Shown here one piece after another: positions 18,987-30,258 of a stretch of DNA of 64,000 nt (position 1 is its first letter; each line of letters begins with the position of its first letter). The stretch lies in assembly GCA_963666975.2 (NCBI GenBank), contig CAXVYR010000004.1:288001-352000 (forward strand), given 5' to 3'. The notes under the pieces are model-generated. The model had not been told where the DNA came from. It worked only from the letters and a program-made list of their open reading frames with translations, and ran no database searches. Made by a program: the position numbers and the translations under genes. Source of the DNA: Terriglobia bacterium. GTDB taxonomy: Bacteria; Acidobacteriota; Terriglobia; 2-12-FULL-54-10.

Positions 18987-21293
18987 GTGAGCATCCTTCA
19001 TCGCCAGATCCTCAAAGAGGTATTTTCCCACGGGTTACTGGGTCTTCTGCTGTTCACCTTTCTCTTATTTCTGCGCGACACCACCAAGTTGCTGGAGTTG
19101 CTGCTCCGCGACACTTCCTCTTTCGGCGACATCATTTACCTGGCCCTGCTGGCCTTCCCCGCCGTCCTGACGTTCACCATCCCCATGGCCGTGCTGGCGG
19201 GAATCCTGCTGGGGCTGAGCCGTATGGCCAGCGACGGTGAAGTAACGGCCCTGCGCGCCGCCGGAATCGGCGTCCGGACATTTTTTCTTCCCGTTGGCAT
19301 CCTGGCGACACTCGGCTGCGCCTTGGCCGTTTACATGTCGGCTTCCCTGGCTCCCAGCGCCAACAGCGCCCGGGTGGAGATTGAACGGCAGATCGGGTTG
19401 CGCCAAATCTCAGCCGAACTGCAACCCCGCGTCTTTGAGGAACGATTTCCCAACTTGGTCATCTATGTGCAAGACGTAGTGAGCGGCACTTCCCCCCTCT
19501 GGAAGGGAATTTTTCTGGCCGATCTTTCCTCGCCCGCAGGACCCAAGGTAACCCTGGCACGAGAGGGAATTCCCATCAGTGACCCAGATCAACACCAATT
19601 GCAATTCCACCTGAGACGCGGAAGTATCCATGAAGCAGCCGAGCAGCCGGACGAATACACCATCGCCACTTTTTCCGAGACCGATATACCTGTCAGTCTG
19701 CCGGTTCCCCCTCCTCCTGCCGTAAAACCGAACACCCAGAGCACTGCCGCAGAACTGTTCCGCGTACCGCCATCCAGGACAGAATGGCTGGAGGCGCGCG
19801 TGGAGCTTCACCGCCGCTTCGCCCTGCCCTTTGCCACCCTCCTGCTGGCGCTGGTGGGAATCCCCCTCGGCCTTTCTTCTCACAAGGGGGGGAAGTCCAT
19901 GGGGATTGTGCTAACGGTTCTGATCGTCGTGCTTTATTACACCTTGTTCGTCGGCGGAATCAGCCTGGCGCGCCAAGGCTGGCTGGCACCGTGGGCCGGA
20001 GTTTGGGCCGCAAACCTTGTGTTCCTGCTTCTGGGGATTATTCTGCTGACGCGAGTAGACCGCGTCTCGCCGAGTTTCGGCTGGCTGGGTTCCCTGGAAC
20101 GGCTGCCGGAAACTTTCCAGGGTTGGCTGTCCCGGCTGGGTTACCGGAAGCGCCGAAGGACAGGACTCTCCCAGTCTTCGGCTTCCTGGAGCCTCAACAC
20201 CGCGACGATCCTGGACCGTTACGTCATCCGGGGCTTTCTCTTCTATCTGGCCGTCACGCTGGCTGCGTTTCTATTGGTCATCGAAATAGTCATCTTGTTT
20301 ATTGACCTTCTGGATGACGTGATTCGCAACGATATTCCTGTCGCCATGGTGCTCGATTACTTCCTGCATTTCACCCCGCAACTGATCTATCTGACAACCC
20401 CTCTCGGAGTGTTGGTGGCGGTCCTGGTGTGCTTCGGAATCCTCAGCCAGAACAATGAAATCACGGCAGTCAAAGCTTCCGGCGTGAGCCTGTTCCGGTT
20501 TACGCTGCCTGTGCTTGTAGTGGCTGGCCTGCTGAGCGTTGGATTGTTCTTTTTTGAGCATTTTTATGTGCCCACCGCCAACCGCCATCAGGACGCCGTG
20601 CTCAACCGCATCAAGGGACGCCCCGCGCAGACCTACCACCGTCCGGATCGCAAGTGGATCTTCGGACAGGAATCGAGGATCTACTACTACAATTATTTTG
20701 AGCCATCCGAGCAGGTGCTGGGCGGCGTGACGGTTTTCGACCTCGATCCCGACACCTTCCAGATCACCCGCCGCGTGGCTGCCTCCCGTGCATACTGGTC
20801 ATCCTCTTTGTCGGGATGGGTTTTTGAGAACGGCTGGGTTCGCGACCTGCGCTACGGCACGGTGGTCAGCTTTGAGCAGTTTGGAGTGCGCCTGTTCCCG
20901 GAGCTCACCGAAGAGCCTTCGTATTTTCTGAAAGAGAGCACGCCATCCTCGCAGATGAACTTCCTCGAACTGCGGACCTACATCCAAGACCTGCAGCAAA
21001 GCGGCTTTGATGTTGTCCCGCTGTCGGTCCAACTGCACAAGAAATTCTCCTTCCCGGCCATCACCTTCATCATGGCGCTGATCGGCATACCGTTCGCCTT
21101 TTCAGGCGGCAAGAAAGGAGCGCTGCGAGGCATTGCGCTGAGCTTCGTCATCGCCATCGCTTACTTAATGGTCAGCCACCTTTTCGAGGCCCTGGGCACG
21201 CTCAACGAGCTGCCGCCCATCGCCGCAGCATGGTCTCCCAATCTGATCTTCGGTCTGGGAGGTCTCTATATGTTTTTGAAGATGGAGACCTGA
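18987..21293 (+). CDS. Fused LptF-LptG LPS export permease
   Basis: Two YjgP/YjgQ halves: DGEVTALRAAG in the first; ILDRYV and NNEITAVKASGVS in the second. Confidence 0.9.
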   Translation: MSILHRQILKEVFSHGLLGLLLFTFLLFLRDTTKLLELLLRDTSSFGDIIYLALLAFPAVLTFTIPMAVLAGILLGLSRMASDGEVTALRAAGIGVRTFFLPVGILATLGCALAVYMSASLAPSANSARVEIERQIGLRQISAELQPRVFEERFPNLVIYVQDVVSGTSPLWKGIFLADLSSPAGPKVTLAREGIPISDPDQHQLQFHLRRGSIHEAAEQPDEYTIATFSETDIPVSLPVPPPPAVKPNTQSTAAELFRVPPSRTEWLEARVELHRRFALPFATLLLALVGIPLGLSSHKGGKSMGIVLTVLIVVLYYTLFVGGISLARQGWLAPWAGVWAANLVFLLLGIILLTRVDRVSPSFGWLGSLERLPETFQGWLSRLGYRKRRRTGLSQSSASWSLNTATILDRYVIRGFLFYLAVTLAAFLLVIEIVILFIDLLDDVIRNDIPVAMVLDYFLHFTPQLIYLTTPLGVLVAVLVCFGILSQNNEITAVKASGVSLFRFTLPVLVVAGLLSVGLFFFEHFYVPTANRHQDAVLNRIKGRPAQTYHRPDRKWIFGQESRIYYYNYFEPSEQVLGGVTVFDLDPDTFQITRRVAASRAYWSSSLSGWVFENGWVRDLRYGTVVSFEQFGVRLFPELTEEPSYFLKESTPSSQMNFLELRTYIQDLQQSGFDVVPLSVQLHKKFSFPAITFIMALIGIPFAFSGGKKGALRGIALSFVIAIAYLMVSHLFEALGTLNELPPIAAAWSPNLIFGLGGLYMFLKMET

Positions 21294-21325
21294 GGGGAAC
21301 TCCGCCCGGCATCTGACAAGAGCAT

Positions 21326-22393
21326 TTAGCCGGTCGGCTGCGTAAACTCCGCAAGCTTTTGGAGAGTCCGGAGAGCGTTGCCGCAATCGACGGACTGCGC
21401 GGCCACTTGAACTCCCTCGGCCAGGTCGAGGGCCTTGCCTCCGCAGACGATGCCGGGCGCGGCGTTGAGCAAAACAACATTCCGCCGGGGTCCCGCCTCC
21501 CCGCGCAAAACGGACAAAACCATCTCGGCATTTTGCCGCGCATCCCCTCCCGCCAGCTCTTCCAGGCGAACGGCAGGGAAGCCGAAATCTCCCGGCTCGA
21601 TCCGGCTCGCGCGGGTCTGGCCGTCTTGCACCTCCACCAACTCCGTCGGTCCGGTGTTGGTGATTTCGTCCAGCCCATCCGAGCCATGGAAAACAAAGGC
21701 ACGGCGCACTCCCATTCGGGCCACCACGCGAGCCACGGTGCGGGTAATTTCCGCCGCATGAACTCCCAGCACCAGGGCCGGCGCCCCGCCGGGGTTGAGC
21801 ATGGGCAGCAGCAGGTTGAAAGCGGTCGGGACGGGGATGTCCTCATAAGCAAAGAGCATGCGTTCCATCGCCTCGCTGATCACCGGCTCAAATACAAAAC
21901 CCAGACCAACGTCGGCAACGCTTTGCGCGATCTTCCAGGCGGGGATGCGCGTGTTTACACCCAAAGCCTCCAGCACGCCCGCGCTTTCCAGTTCGCTGTT
22001 TCCGGAGCGGTGTCCCTGTTCCAGAACATGGATTCCCGCCCCGGCGACTACGAATGCTACCGCCGAGGAGATATTGAAAGTAGCAGCAGGCTCCGCAGCG
22101 CCCACGACTCCCCCTGCTGGCACAGCCGGGTGCGACAGCATTCGCCGCTCGGTGTTGGAAAGGCCGACCTCCACCGGGCCATATTGGTTGAACAGGTAAG
22201 TCTTGCCCTGGAGGGTTTGAGCCATTCCCAACAGCTCTGATTCTGTCTCCCCCTTCATGGCCAATGTCACCAGCAGCGCGGCCATCTGCGTGGAGGATGC
22301 CTGGCCGGAAAGAATCTCTTCCATGGCGGCCGAGGCTTCGGCAGCGGCGAGGTCACTGCGGCCCAATACTTTTTCCAACGTTTCGAGAATCAT
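21326..22393 (-). CDS. Anthranilate phosphoribosyltransferase (TrpD)-like protein with degenerate active site
   Basis: TFNISS, VLEALGV, GLDEI and NAA present; GTGGD and KHGN motifs replaced. Confidence 0.8.
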   Translation of the reverse strand: MILETLEKVLGRSDLAAAEASAAMEEILSGQASSTQMAALLVTLAMKGETESELLGMAQTLQGKTYLFNQYGPVEVGLSNTERRMLSHPAVPAGGVVGAAEPAATFNISSAVAFVVAGAGIHVLEQGHRSGNSELESAGVLEALGVNTRIPAWKIAQSVADVGLGFVFEPVISEAMERMLFAYEDIPVPTAFNLLLPMLNPGGAPALVLGVHAAEITRTVARVVARMGVRRAFVFHGSDGLDEITNTGPTELVEVQDGQTRASRIEPGDFGFPAVRLEELAGGDARQNAEMVLSVLRGEAGPRRNVVLLNAAPGIVCGGKALDLAEGVQVAAQSVDCGNALRTLQKLAEFTQPTG

Positions 22394-22688
22394 CAGTTTG
22401 TCCAAAAGTGATTGCCAAGCCATTCATCATACATAAAGCCTCGCAAAACATGCGACAGGAAATGTGGCCGCTTTACCTTGTGCTGACAAACGTGCTGACA
22501 AACGGCTCGACCACCGGGAAAGTTTGTGGCAATATCGGACCGGGTTTTAACCATCCCAACCCAGCGTGCAGAATAGGGTTGTGAGAGCCGAACCCGCCAT
22601 GATCTCCCGGCTGGCCTGCACTGACGGCTTTTGTTAGAATGAACTGCAAAGCATTCCGGGCCGAAGGTCTCCTTCGGTTCGAGCACGC

Positions 22689-22787
<99 letters not shown>

Positions 22788-23058
22788 GTTTTTTAGAAGC
22801 AATTACATCGGTTATGAGAGTCTCTGCATCGCGGTAGTGTAACAAGCCTCCTGCACGGAAACGAATTTCACCCTCCGAAGTCCGCAGGACGTTAGGAGGC
22901 CCCACAACGATAATCCATGCAGGATTGTGCTAGTCTGGTTTGCGCAGAGTCTTGCCTCCCGTGACGGAAATTTATTGAGGTCACCACACCTTCTTTTTCT
23001 TTTCAATCCGCGCAGAGGCGTGATTGATCTCCAGGGCAGGATTCGCCGGAACCCAATT

Positions 23059-25276
23059 ATGCGCAAGTTGCCACGGCAATCGGTTCGGCTCCAGCATCTC
23101 CTTTTGGCGTTCCTCGGACTGCTGGCAATCTCCAGCGCACAGCCTGCAAGAGGGCAAGGCGCCGAAGGGCACAACGGCCAGTATCGTTACCGTGCCGTAT
23201 TTGTGGAGACTCCCCCAACTGTGGACGGCGACCTCTCCGACACAGTCTGGCAGGTAGCCGAGGTAATTGACCGGTTGATCCAGCAAGAACCGGACGCGGG
23301 AGCGCCGTCCTCGGAAAATACCGAGGTGCGAATAATCTATGACTCGACCGCTCTCTACATCGCCGCCTATTGCCACGACTCCGACCCCTCCGGAATCGTT
23401 CGGAATATCCGGAATCGTTCGGAATATCCTCCGTTTCCGGGACGATCCCGTGTGGACGAAAGACGACGTCATCCGTTTTGTTTTTGACACTTTTCACGAT
23501 CACCGGCGAGGGTATGTATTTTCCATCAACGCGCTCGGAACCAAACAGGATTCCCAGATTGACAACAACGTATGGAACTCAAGCTGGGACGAGGTCTGGG
23601 ATGTCCGCACGCGCTTGCAGGATGACGGATGGACTTTAGAGGCTCGCATCCCGTTTCGCATTCTCCGGTTCCCCACCGGCGGCGATGGAGTGTGGGGCTT
23701 TAATATCGAACGAATCATCAAACGCAAGAACGAATCTTCACATTGGGCGCCGATCCCTCCCGGATTTTTCCTCTCCAGGGAGGAAAATTACGGACACCTG
23801 GTAGGACTCTCCGAGATTGAACCCCGGCGGAACGTGCAAATCATCCCTTATGGGCTGCTCGGAGGAGCGCGTTCGAAAGGGGTCAGCGGCGCAGACTCCA
23901 CGCTGGAAGGAGGGGCTGACTTGAAAATGTCGGTCGCCTCGTCTCTTTCCCTCGACATGACCTACAACCCCAGCTTCGCGCAGGTGGAGGCCGACGACGA
24001 GCAGGTCAACCTCACGCGTTTCTCTCTGTTCTTTCCGGAAAAGCGGGAGTTCTTCCTGGAAAACGCCCAGCTGTTCAATTTCGGGATCAATCGGGATACC
24101 CAGCTTTTCTTTAGCCGCCGCATTGGGCTGGTACGCGGTGAAGCAGTGCCGATTTTGGGCGGGGCCCGTCTCAGCGGCAAGGCCGGAGCTTTCGACGTCG
24201 GGCTGCTCACGACACAGACCGAGAGCCATCCGGAAGCTCCCAGCGCAAACTTGAGCACCGTGCGCGCGCGATGGAACGTGGGACAACGGTCCTACATTGG
24301 AGGAATCTTTACCTCCGCTTCTTCCGACGCCCAAGCCAACAGGGCCTTCGGCCCGGATGCTCTCATCTGGCTGAGCAGGAACCTTCGCGCCGAAGGGTTC
24401 CTGGCAGTCATCGACGACCGGGAAGTTGCCGAGCGGCCTGTCTCCTTCTCCGGCGCTTTGATTTACGATGAGGACCTGTGGGAAGCCAGCTTCCGGACTC
24501 TTTCGGTGGAGGAAAATTTCAATCCCGCCCTGGGATTTGTTCGCCGGGACGACATTCGCCGCCACACGGGAAGCCTGCGGCGCAGTTGGCGCTTGAACCG
24601 GAAATGGGTCCGGAAGGTGAATTTCTCGGCAGACATAGCTTACCTCACGGATCAGCAGGACCGCCTGGACACACGCCAGTGGCTGCTCGAAGCCTCCGAT
24701 GAGCTGGATTCCGGGGACCAGATTCGCTTTCAAGTTTCGCGCAACTTCGAGCGCATCCTCGCCGACGATGATCCCTTTGTCATCAATCCCCGCCGGGGTA
24801 TCGTCATTCCTCCCGGCGACTATGGCTTCAACCGTTGGCTGGTTGGATACCAAGGATTTGAGGGCCGGGCGTTGGTACCGGGAGTTGAAATCGAGCGGGG
24901 AGAGTTTTATGGCGGGGAGCGAACGGCGCTGACCCTTTCGGGAACATGGCGAGCTTCCCCCCACATGGTGCTGCGGGGAGACTACGAGTACAACGACATT
25001 TCCCTGCCCCCAGGAGCCTTCGCGACCCATCTGTGGCGCGCGCGGTTCAGCGTGCCCATCACCGCTCGTGCCACCGCCGATGCCTTCTTCCAATGGAACG
25101 GTCTGACGCAGCAGGGCGATAAGGAAATCAACACACAACTGCGGTTCCACCTGATCTATGCGCGGGACAGCAACCTCTTTGTTGTTTTTACCGACCAGCG
25201 GCGCAATCGCGGCGCGGGCATTATCGAGCGGGATCAAGCCATCCAGATGAAGATGACTTACCGGATCTACTGGTAG
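23059..25276 (+). pseudogene. CBM9-like/DUF5916 exported protein, frameshifted
   Basis: PPTVDGDLSDTVW in frame 1 continues as FDTFHD...GWTLEARIPF...EKREFFLE...LFFSRRIG in frame 2; the shift coincides with a 19-bp tandem duplication at 23391-23428. Confidence 0.85.
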
Positions 25277-25383
25277 GCGCAAACGCTTCCCCAAATTTCT
25301 GCATCCCGGCCTGAATTTCTGCATCCCGGAGGTGTTGTGCTAATCTAATTGATAGAGTCTAAATCTCTGGCGGTGATACGAAA

Positions 25384-26196
25384 ATGCGCTGGCGTGCGAT
25401 TTATTTTCTAGTTGTACTTATAGCCGGTTTTTTGCTGACCCCTTGGGCAGCCCGCGCGGAAGTTTCTGATGTCTCCTTTGATTACTCTCCCTTCGCGCGT
25501 GTTCTCGACCATTACGTGACCGAGCGGGGATTCGTCCAATATGCACGGCTCCAGGCCGACCGCGGCGATCTGGACGCGTTCATGGAGCAACTGGCCCAGG
25601 TCAGCCCGGGAAATTCCCCGGAGATATTTCCAGAGAGACAAGACCAGCTCGCCTACTGGATCAACGCCTACAACGCCATCGTGATGAAAGGCATCCTGGA
25701 CCACTACCCGGTCGAGAGCCTCAGCGAAATCAGCTTTATGTACGGTTTTTTCTGGAAGCTGAAGTTTCCCGTCGGCGGGCGCGAGTACACCCTGAACGAC
25801 ATCGAGCACGGGATTCTCCGCCCGCGCTTTCAGGAGCCTCGCATCCACTTCGCCATCAACTGCGCCTCGGCCGCCTGTCCGAAGCTCACACGCGAGCCCT
25901 ACCTGCCGGAGAAACTGGACGAACAACTGGACCAAGCCGCGCGCTTTTTTATCGGCGAAAGCCGCAACGTGCGCCCGGAGCCGGAGTCGAACCGGCTGTA
26001 TCTTTCCATGATCTTCAACTGGTTCCTGGATGATTTCCGGAACTACGCGCGGGAAAACCTCGGCAAGCAATACCCGTCCGTGCTCGACTACATCCTCCTG
26101 CACGCCTCACCGGAATTGAAGAACTACATCGAATCGAGCAAACCAAAAATCCGCTACGTCCCTTACGACTGGTCGCTGAACGACGCCGGGAAGTGA
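25384..26196 (+). CDS. DUF547-domain exported protein
   Basis: LAYWINAYNA, LNDIEH, PRIHFAINCASAACP, YDWSLN. Confidence 0.9.
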   Translation: MRWRAIYFLVVLIAGFLLTPWAARAEVSDVSFDYSPFARVLDHYVTERGFVQYARLQADRGDLDAFMEQLAQVSPGNSPEIFPERQDQLAYWINAYNAIVMKGILDHYPVESLSEISFMYGFFWKLKFPVGGREYTLNDIEHGILRPRFQEPRIHFAINCASAACPKLTREPYLPEKLDEQLDQAARFFIGESRNVRPEPESNRLYLSMIFNWFLDDFRNYARENLGKQYPSVLDYILLHASPELKNYIESSKPKIRYVPYDWSLNDAGK

Positions 26197-26320
26197 GGCG
26201 AGCGGTTGTAGCTGCCCTTCATTACAGAATTTTGAAGCCTCCTTGCACGATCCCGAGGGCCACGGCGTAACAAAAGCTGTGCTATCCTCAAACGGGGCAT
26301 CCGCCCGTCAGCGCGAAACT

Positions 26321-27025
26321 GTGCGGTACTATCCGATATTCCTGAATCTCGGTTCCCGAAAAACCCTGGTGGTCGGCGCGGGCCGCGTGGCGGAGCGCAA
26401 GGTGAAAACCCTCTTGCAGGCCGGAGCGCGAGTAACCGTAGTAGCTCCCCGGGCGTCTGCTGCCCTGAAAAAACTCGCGGCGGCGGGCAAAATCCGCTGG
26501 CAACGGCGGCGCTACGCCTCCGGCGACATGAAAGGAGCGGCCCTGGTATTCAGCGCCACCGATTCGGGCGCGACCGAACGCACAGTGGCGGCTGATGCTT
26601 CCCGCCGGGGAATTCCGGTCAACTGCGCCGGTTCCCCGGAGTTCGGGTCCTTTCTAGTTCCCGCACAGGCAGTCCGCGGTCGCCTGCATATCGCCGTCTC
26701 CACCGGAGGAGCGAGTCCGGCGCTGGCGCGGAAGCTCAGCCGCGAACTGAAGAAAATGATTGGACCGGAATACGCCGAATGGACACGCCTGCTGGCACGG
26801 CTCAGGCCGCAGATTCTGGAATCAGTGCTTGTCAGAGAGCGTCCTGGCGTGTTTGAGCTTCTGGCGAGCGACAGAATCTTTCGTCTGCTCCGGAACGGTG
26901 AAACACGCCGGGCAGCGGAATTGGCACGCGGCATCATTGCTCGCGTTACTGCGGCTGGCAACACCGTGACCGGCCAAAGGGGAAAGCGAACCTTGACCCG
27001 GAGAGCCAAAGCTGGCACACCTTAA
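26321..27025 (+). CDS. Precorrin-2 dehydrogenase / sirohydrochlorin ferrochelatase (CysG N-terminal/Met8 type)
   Basis: YYPIFLNL, VVGAGRVAERK, IAVSTGGASPALA. Confidence 0.9.
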   Translation: MRYYPIFLNLGSRKTLVVGAGRVAERKVKTLLQAGARVTVVAPRASAALKKLAAAGKIRWQRRRYASGDMKGAALVFSATDSGATERTVAADASRRGIPVNCAGSPEFGSFLVPAQAVRGRLHIAVSTGGASPALARKLSRELKKMIGPEYAEWTRLLARLRPQILESVLVRERPGVFELLASDRIFRLLRNGETRRAAELARGIIARVTAAGNTVTGQRGKRTLTRRAKAGTP

Positions 27026-27028
27026 ATC

Positions 27029-28978
27029 ATGTCCACTCCGACTGCCGCCATCTCCAACATGTACTCCTGCTTCGGCCCTCGCGGGTGGCTGGAACGCTGC
27101 CATCCACAGTACGAGTACAGGGCCGGCCAACTGCAAATGGCAAAGGCAGTCGAGGCCGCCTTTCGCGAGAAGCGGCACCTGCTGGTGGAAGCCGGAACCG
27201 GAACCGGAAAGACGCTGGCCTACCTCATCCCGGCCATTGCCAGCGGTCAGAGGGTGGTAATCTCCACCGGCACCAAAAATCTTCAGGACCAGCTCTATCA
27301 CAAGGACGTCCCTTTCCTCGCCCAGCACCTGGGCCGTCCTCTGCGAGTCTGCTACATGAAGGGCCGGAACAACTACCTGTGCCGGCAAAAAGTCTACGAC
27401 GCGGAGCAGCAGCCGATTCTGCGCGGGCTGGAGCAGGTGGAAGAGTTCGCTCAGATTCGCGAATGGGAGCGGCACACCCCGACCGGAGACCGTGCCGAGC
27501 TGGAGGGTTTGCCCGAGAACAGCGAGCTGTGGAGCAAGCTGGACGCGCGGCGGGAAACCTGCACCGGGCAGAAATGCCCCCAGTACGAGCGCTGCTTTCT
27601 CACCGAGATGCACGCCCGTGCGCTCGAAAGCGATCTGGTGATCGTCAACCATCATTTATTTTTCGCCGATCTGGCTTTGCGCGAAACCGAGTACGCCAGC
27701 ATCCTGCCCAGCTATAGCGCCGTCATCTTCGACGAGGCTCACGAAATTGAGGAGATCGCGGGAAACTATTTCGGCTTGTCCCTCAGCACCCATCGTATCG
27801 AGGACTTGGTTCGAGACTGCGAGCAAACACTGCGGCTCAAGGACCTCGTTTCGGTTTCGAGACAACGGTCGCTCAAGCGCCTGCGGGAGCGCGCCAACCT
27901 ATTCTTTTCTCTGTTCCCGGCAGCGGAAGGCCGCTTCGGATTTGAGGACCGGGAACAATTCCTGGAGGCGAACTTTGAAGCCTATTCCGCGCTGCAAAAC
28001 GCCCTCTTGCGTCTCGACGGCGAGTTGAACTCCCTCCGCGAGAAACCGGAAGAAATCTACCCCCTGCTGCGGAGGCTGGCGGAGATGCGTTCCGAGCTGA
28101 CCTTTCTGATGGAGAGCCGGGACCGCAGTTTTGTCTTTTGGTATGAGCGGCGCAGCCGGGGGATCGCATTGCAGGCGACTCCTATTGACGTATCCCGCAT
28201 CCTCTCCGAAAAGCTCTTTGAGCAGACCGACACCGTGGTGCTGACCTCCGCCACGCTGTCGGTGGGCGGCAGCTTCGAGTTCATGAAGGCGAGGCTGGGA
28301 ATCCGCTATTCCAGGGAAGAGTTGCTGGAACCGCACTTTGACTATGCGGATCAGACGTTGCTTTACATCCCGCAGCGGATGCCCGACCCGCGGCACGAGG
28401 AATTCCCGCAGCGGGCCACCGATGAAGTCCTGCGCCTGCTCGAACTTTCCCGTGGCCGCGCCTTTGTCCTGTTCACCAGTTACCTGCAGATGCACCAGAT
28501 ATTTGAGCGAGTGAAAGACAAAGTGCGGTATCCTTTACTGTTGCAGGGAACGGCGCCCAAACAGGCCCTGCTGGAGCAGTTTCGCAGCCCGGAGATGGCG
28601 GGAGCGGTGCTGTTTGCTACCAGCAGTTTCTGGCAAGGGGTGGATGTGCCGGGCGCGCAGTTGAGCGCGGTGATTATTGACCGGCTTCCCTTCTCCGTAC
28701 CGAGTGACCCGGTGGTCCGGGCCCGCATTGAGAGCCTCCGTGATGAGGGCGGCAACCCCTTTTTCGACTATCAGGTGCCGGACGCGGTCATCGCCTTGAA
28801 GCAAGGCTTTGGCAGGCTGATCCGCAGCCGCGCTGACCGGGGGGTGCTGGCGATCCTGGACACGCGGATCGTCAAAAAGGGCTATGGACGGCTCTTTTTG
28901 GAGAGCCTGCCGCCCTACCGCGTAACCCGCGACATTGCCGACGTGGAGAATTTCTTTCAGCAAGGAGCAGTTCCCTAG
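27029..28978 (+). CDS. DinG/YoaA-family ATP-dependent DNA helicase
   Basis: EAGTGTGKT, KGRNNYLC, Fe-S cysteines, DEAH, SAT, QGFGRLIR. Confidence 0.93.
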   Translation: MSTPTAAISNMYSCFGPRGWLERCHPQYEYRAGQLQMAKAVEAAFREKRHLLVEAGTGTGKTLAYLIPAIASGQRVVISTGTKNLQDQLYHKDVPFLAQHLGRPLRVCYMKGRNNYLCRQKVYDAEQQPILRGLEQVEEFAQIREWERHTPTGDRAELEGLPENSELWSKLDARRETCTGQKCPQYERCFLTEMHARALESDLVIVNHHLFFADLALRETEYASILPSYSAVIFDEAHEIEEIAGNYFGLSLSTHRIEDLVRDCEQTLRLKDLVSVSRQRSLKRLRERANLFFSLFPAAEGRFGFEDREQFLEANFEAYSALQNALLRLDGELNSLREKPEEIYPLLRRLAEMRSELTFLMESRDRSFVFWYERRSRGIALQATPIDVSRILSEKLFEQTDTVVLTSATLSVGGSFEFMKARLGIRYSREELLEPHFDYADQTLLYIPQRMPDPRHEEFPQRATDEVLRLLELSRGRAFVLFTSYLQMHQIFERVKDKVRYPLLLQGTAPKQALLEQFRSPEMAGAVLFATSSFWQGVDVPGAQLSAVIIDRLPFSVPSDPVVRARIESLRDEGGNPFFDYQVPDAVIALKQGFGRLIRSRADRGVLAILDTRIVKKGYGRLFLESLPPYRVTRDIADVENFFQQGAVP

Positions 28979-29416
28979 ATGTTTCAGGTATCCGTAGATG
29001 AAGTTTTCGCCGCCGGACATGCGCTGAGAGGCTATCGGGGGAAGTGTGAAAACATGCACGGCCATAACTACAAGATCCGGGTGACTCTCGCGGGCGAATC
29101 CCTGGACCACATCGGCCTGCTCTACGATTTCAAGGACCTGAAGGAAGCGATTCAATCGACCATCCGGAAACTCGACCACCGCTTCATCAATGAAATCCCG
29201 CCGTTTGACGTTTTGAACCCTTCGGCAGAGAACCTGGCAAAATATTTTTACGAGGAGACCATCCAGCTGCTTCCCTCTCAGTCCAAGGCAAACGGGAATG
29301 ATCAGAAACAAGGCAGCCCGGACGGGTCCCTGCATGTGTCCTACGTGACCGTCTGGGAAACGGACACGACGACGGCGACCTACTTTGAGGGCGACTCCCC
29401 GGGCGGGGCTCAGTAA
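28979..29416 (+). CDS. queD: 6-carboxytetrahydropterin synthase
   Basis: CENMHGHNY, LDH, NPSAENLA, VWET. Confidence 0.93.
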   Translation: MFQVSVDEVFAAGHALRGYRGKCENMHGHNYKIRVTLAGESLDHIGLLYDFKDLKEAIQSTIRKLDHRFINEIPPFDVLNPSAENLAKYFYEETIQLLPSQSKANGNDQKQGSPDGSLHVSYVTVWETDTTTATYFEGDSPGGAQ

Positions 29417-29459
29417 CCGGCTCCCCCCCGTCGCCCGGTTTCTAGGACGCGAGCCCCTG

Positions 29460-29551
29460 AGCCACAGAGACACGAAGACATATATGAAATACACTTCAGA
29501 GTCGCTTGATCCCATTTTATCAGGCCTCCGTGCCCCCGTGCCCCTGTGGCT
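29460..29551. repeat. REP/MITE-like imperfect inverted repeat between queD and queE
   Basis: Arms AGCCACAGAGACACG ... CGTGCCCCTGTGGCT. Confidence 0.55.
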
Positions 29552-29577
29552 TACAGCCTTCGGATGGCAACGCCTTC

Positions 29578-30237
29578 ATGCAGGTTACTGAAATCTTCCG
29601 CTCCATTCAGGGAGAATCCACCTTCGCGGGTCTGCCGTGCATTTTTATCCGCCTCACCGGCTGCAACCTGCGCTGCGTGTGGTGCGACACCGCCTACGCG
29701 TTTTACGGCGGCAACAAGATGTCGGTGGAAGAAATCCTGACGACTGTTCGGGAGCTGAGCGGCCGCTCGGAAGGCACGCCCGTAAAACTGGTGGAGGTGA
29801 CCGGAGGGGAACCGCTCCTGCAGCAGGAGGTCTATCCGCTCATCGCCCAGTTGCTGGCCAGCGGCTATCAGGTTTTGATTGAAACCAGCGGAGAGCGACC
29901 GATCCGGGACCTCCCCGCTCCTGTGGTTCGCGTAGTGGATGTAAAATGCCCCGGAAGCGGCGAGGGCGGATCATTCCTGCTGGAGAACTTGGAGCATTTG
30001 GCATCGCATGACCAACTGAAGTTCGTGCTTACGGACCGGCGCGACTACGAATGGGCTCGCGAGTTCTTGCAGGAACACCGGCTGCAAAACAAGGTAGAGA
30101 CCGTGATCTTTTCGCCCGTCTTTGGAAAAATGGAGCCGCGCCCGCTGGCCGAATGGATTCTCGAAGACGGGCTTCCCGTGCGCGTGGGGTTGCAACTGCA
30201 TAAATTTATTTGGGACCCGGAGACCACCGGTGTTTAA
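29578..30237 (+). CDS. queE: 7-carboxy-7-deazaguanine synthase (radical SAM)
   Basis: EIFRSIQGE, GCNLRCVWCDT, TGGEPL, LQLHK. Confidence 0.94.
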   Translation: MQVTEIFRSIQGESTFAGLPCIFIRLTGCNLRCVWCDTAYAFYGGNKMSVEEILTTVRELSGRSEGTPVKLVEVTGGEPLLQQEVYPLIAQLLASGYQVLIETSGERPIRDLPAPVVRVVDVKCPGSGEGGSFLLENLEHLASHDQLKFVLTDRRDYEWAREFLQEHRLQNKVETVIFSPVFGKMEPRPLAEWILEDGLPVRVGLQLHKFIWDPETTGV

Positions 30238-30258
30238 TCCCCGGCATCCAACTAAGAG

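Noticed and set aside
18987-21293. LptF-LptG fusion as a novelty
   Set aside because: To my knowledge such fusions are common in Acidobacteriota annotations.
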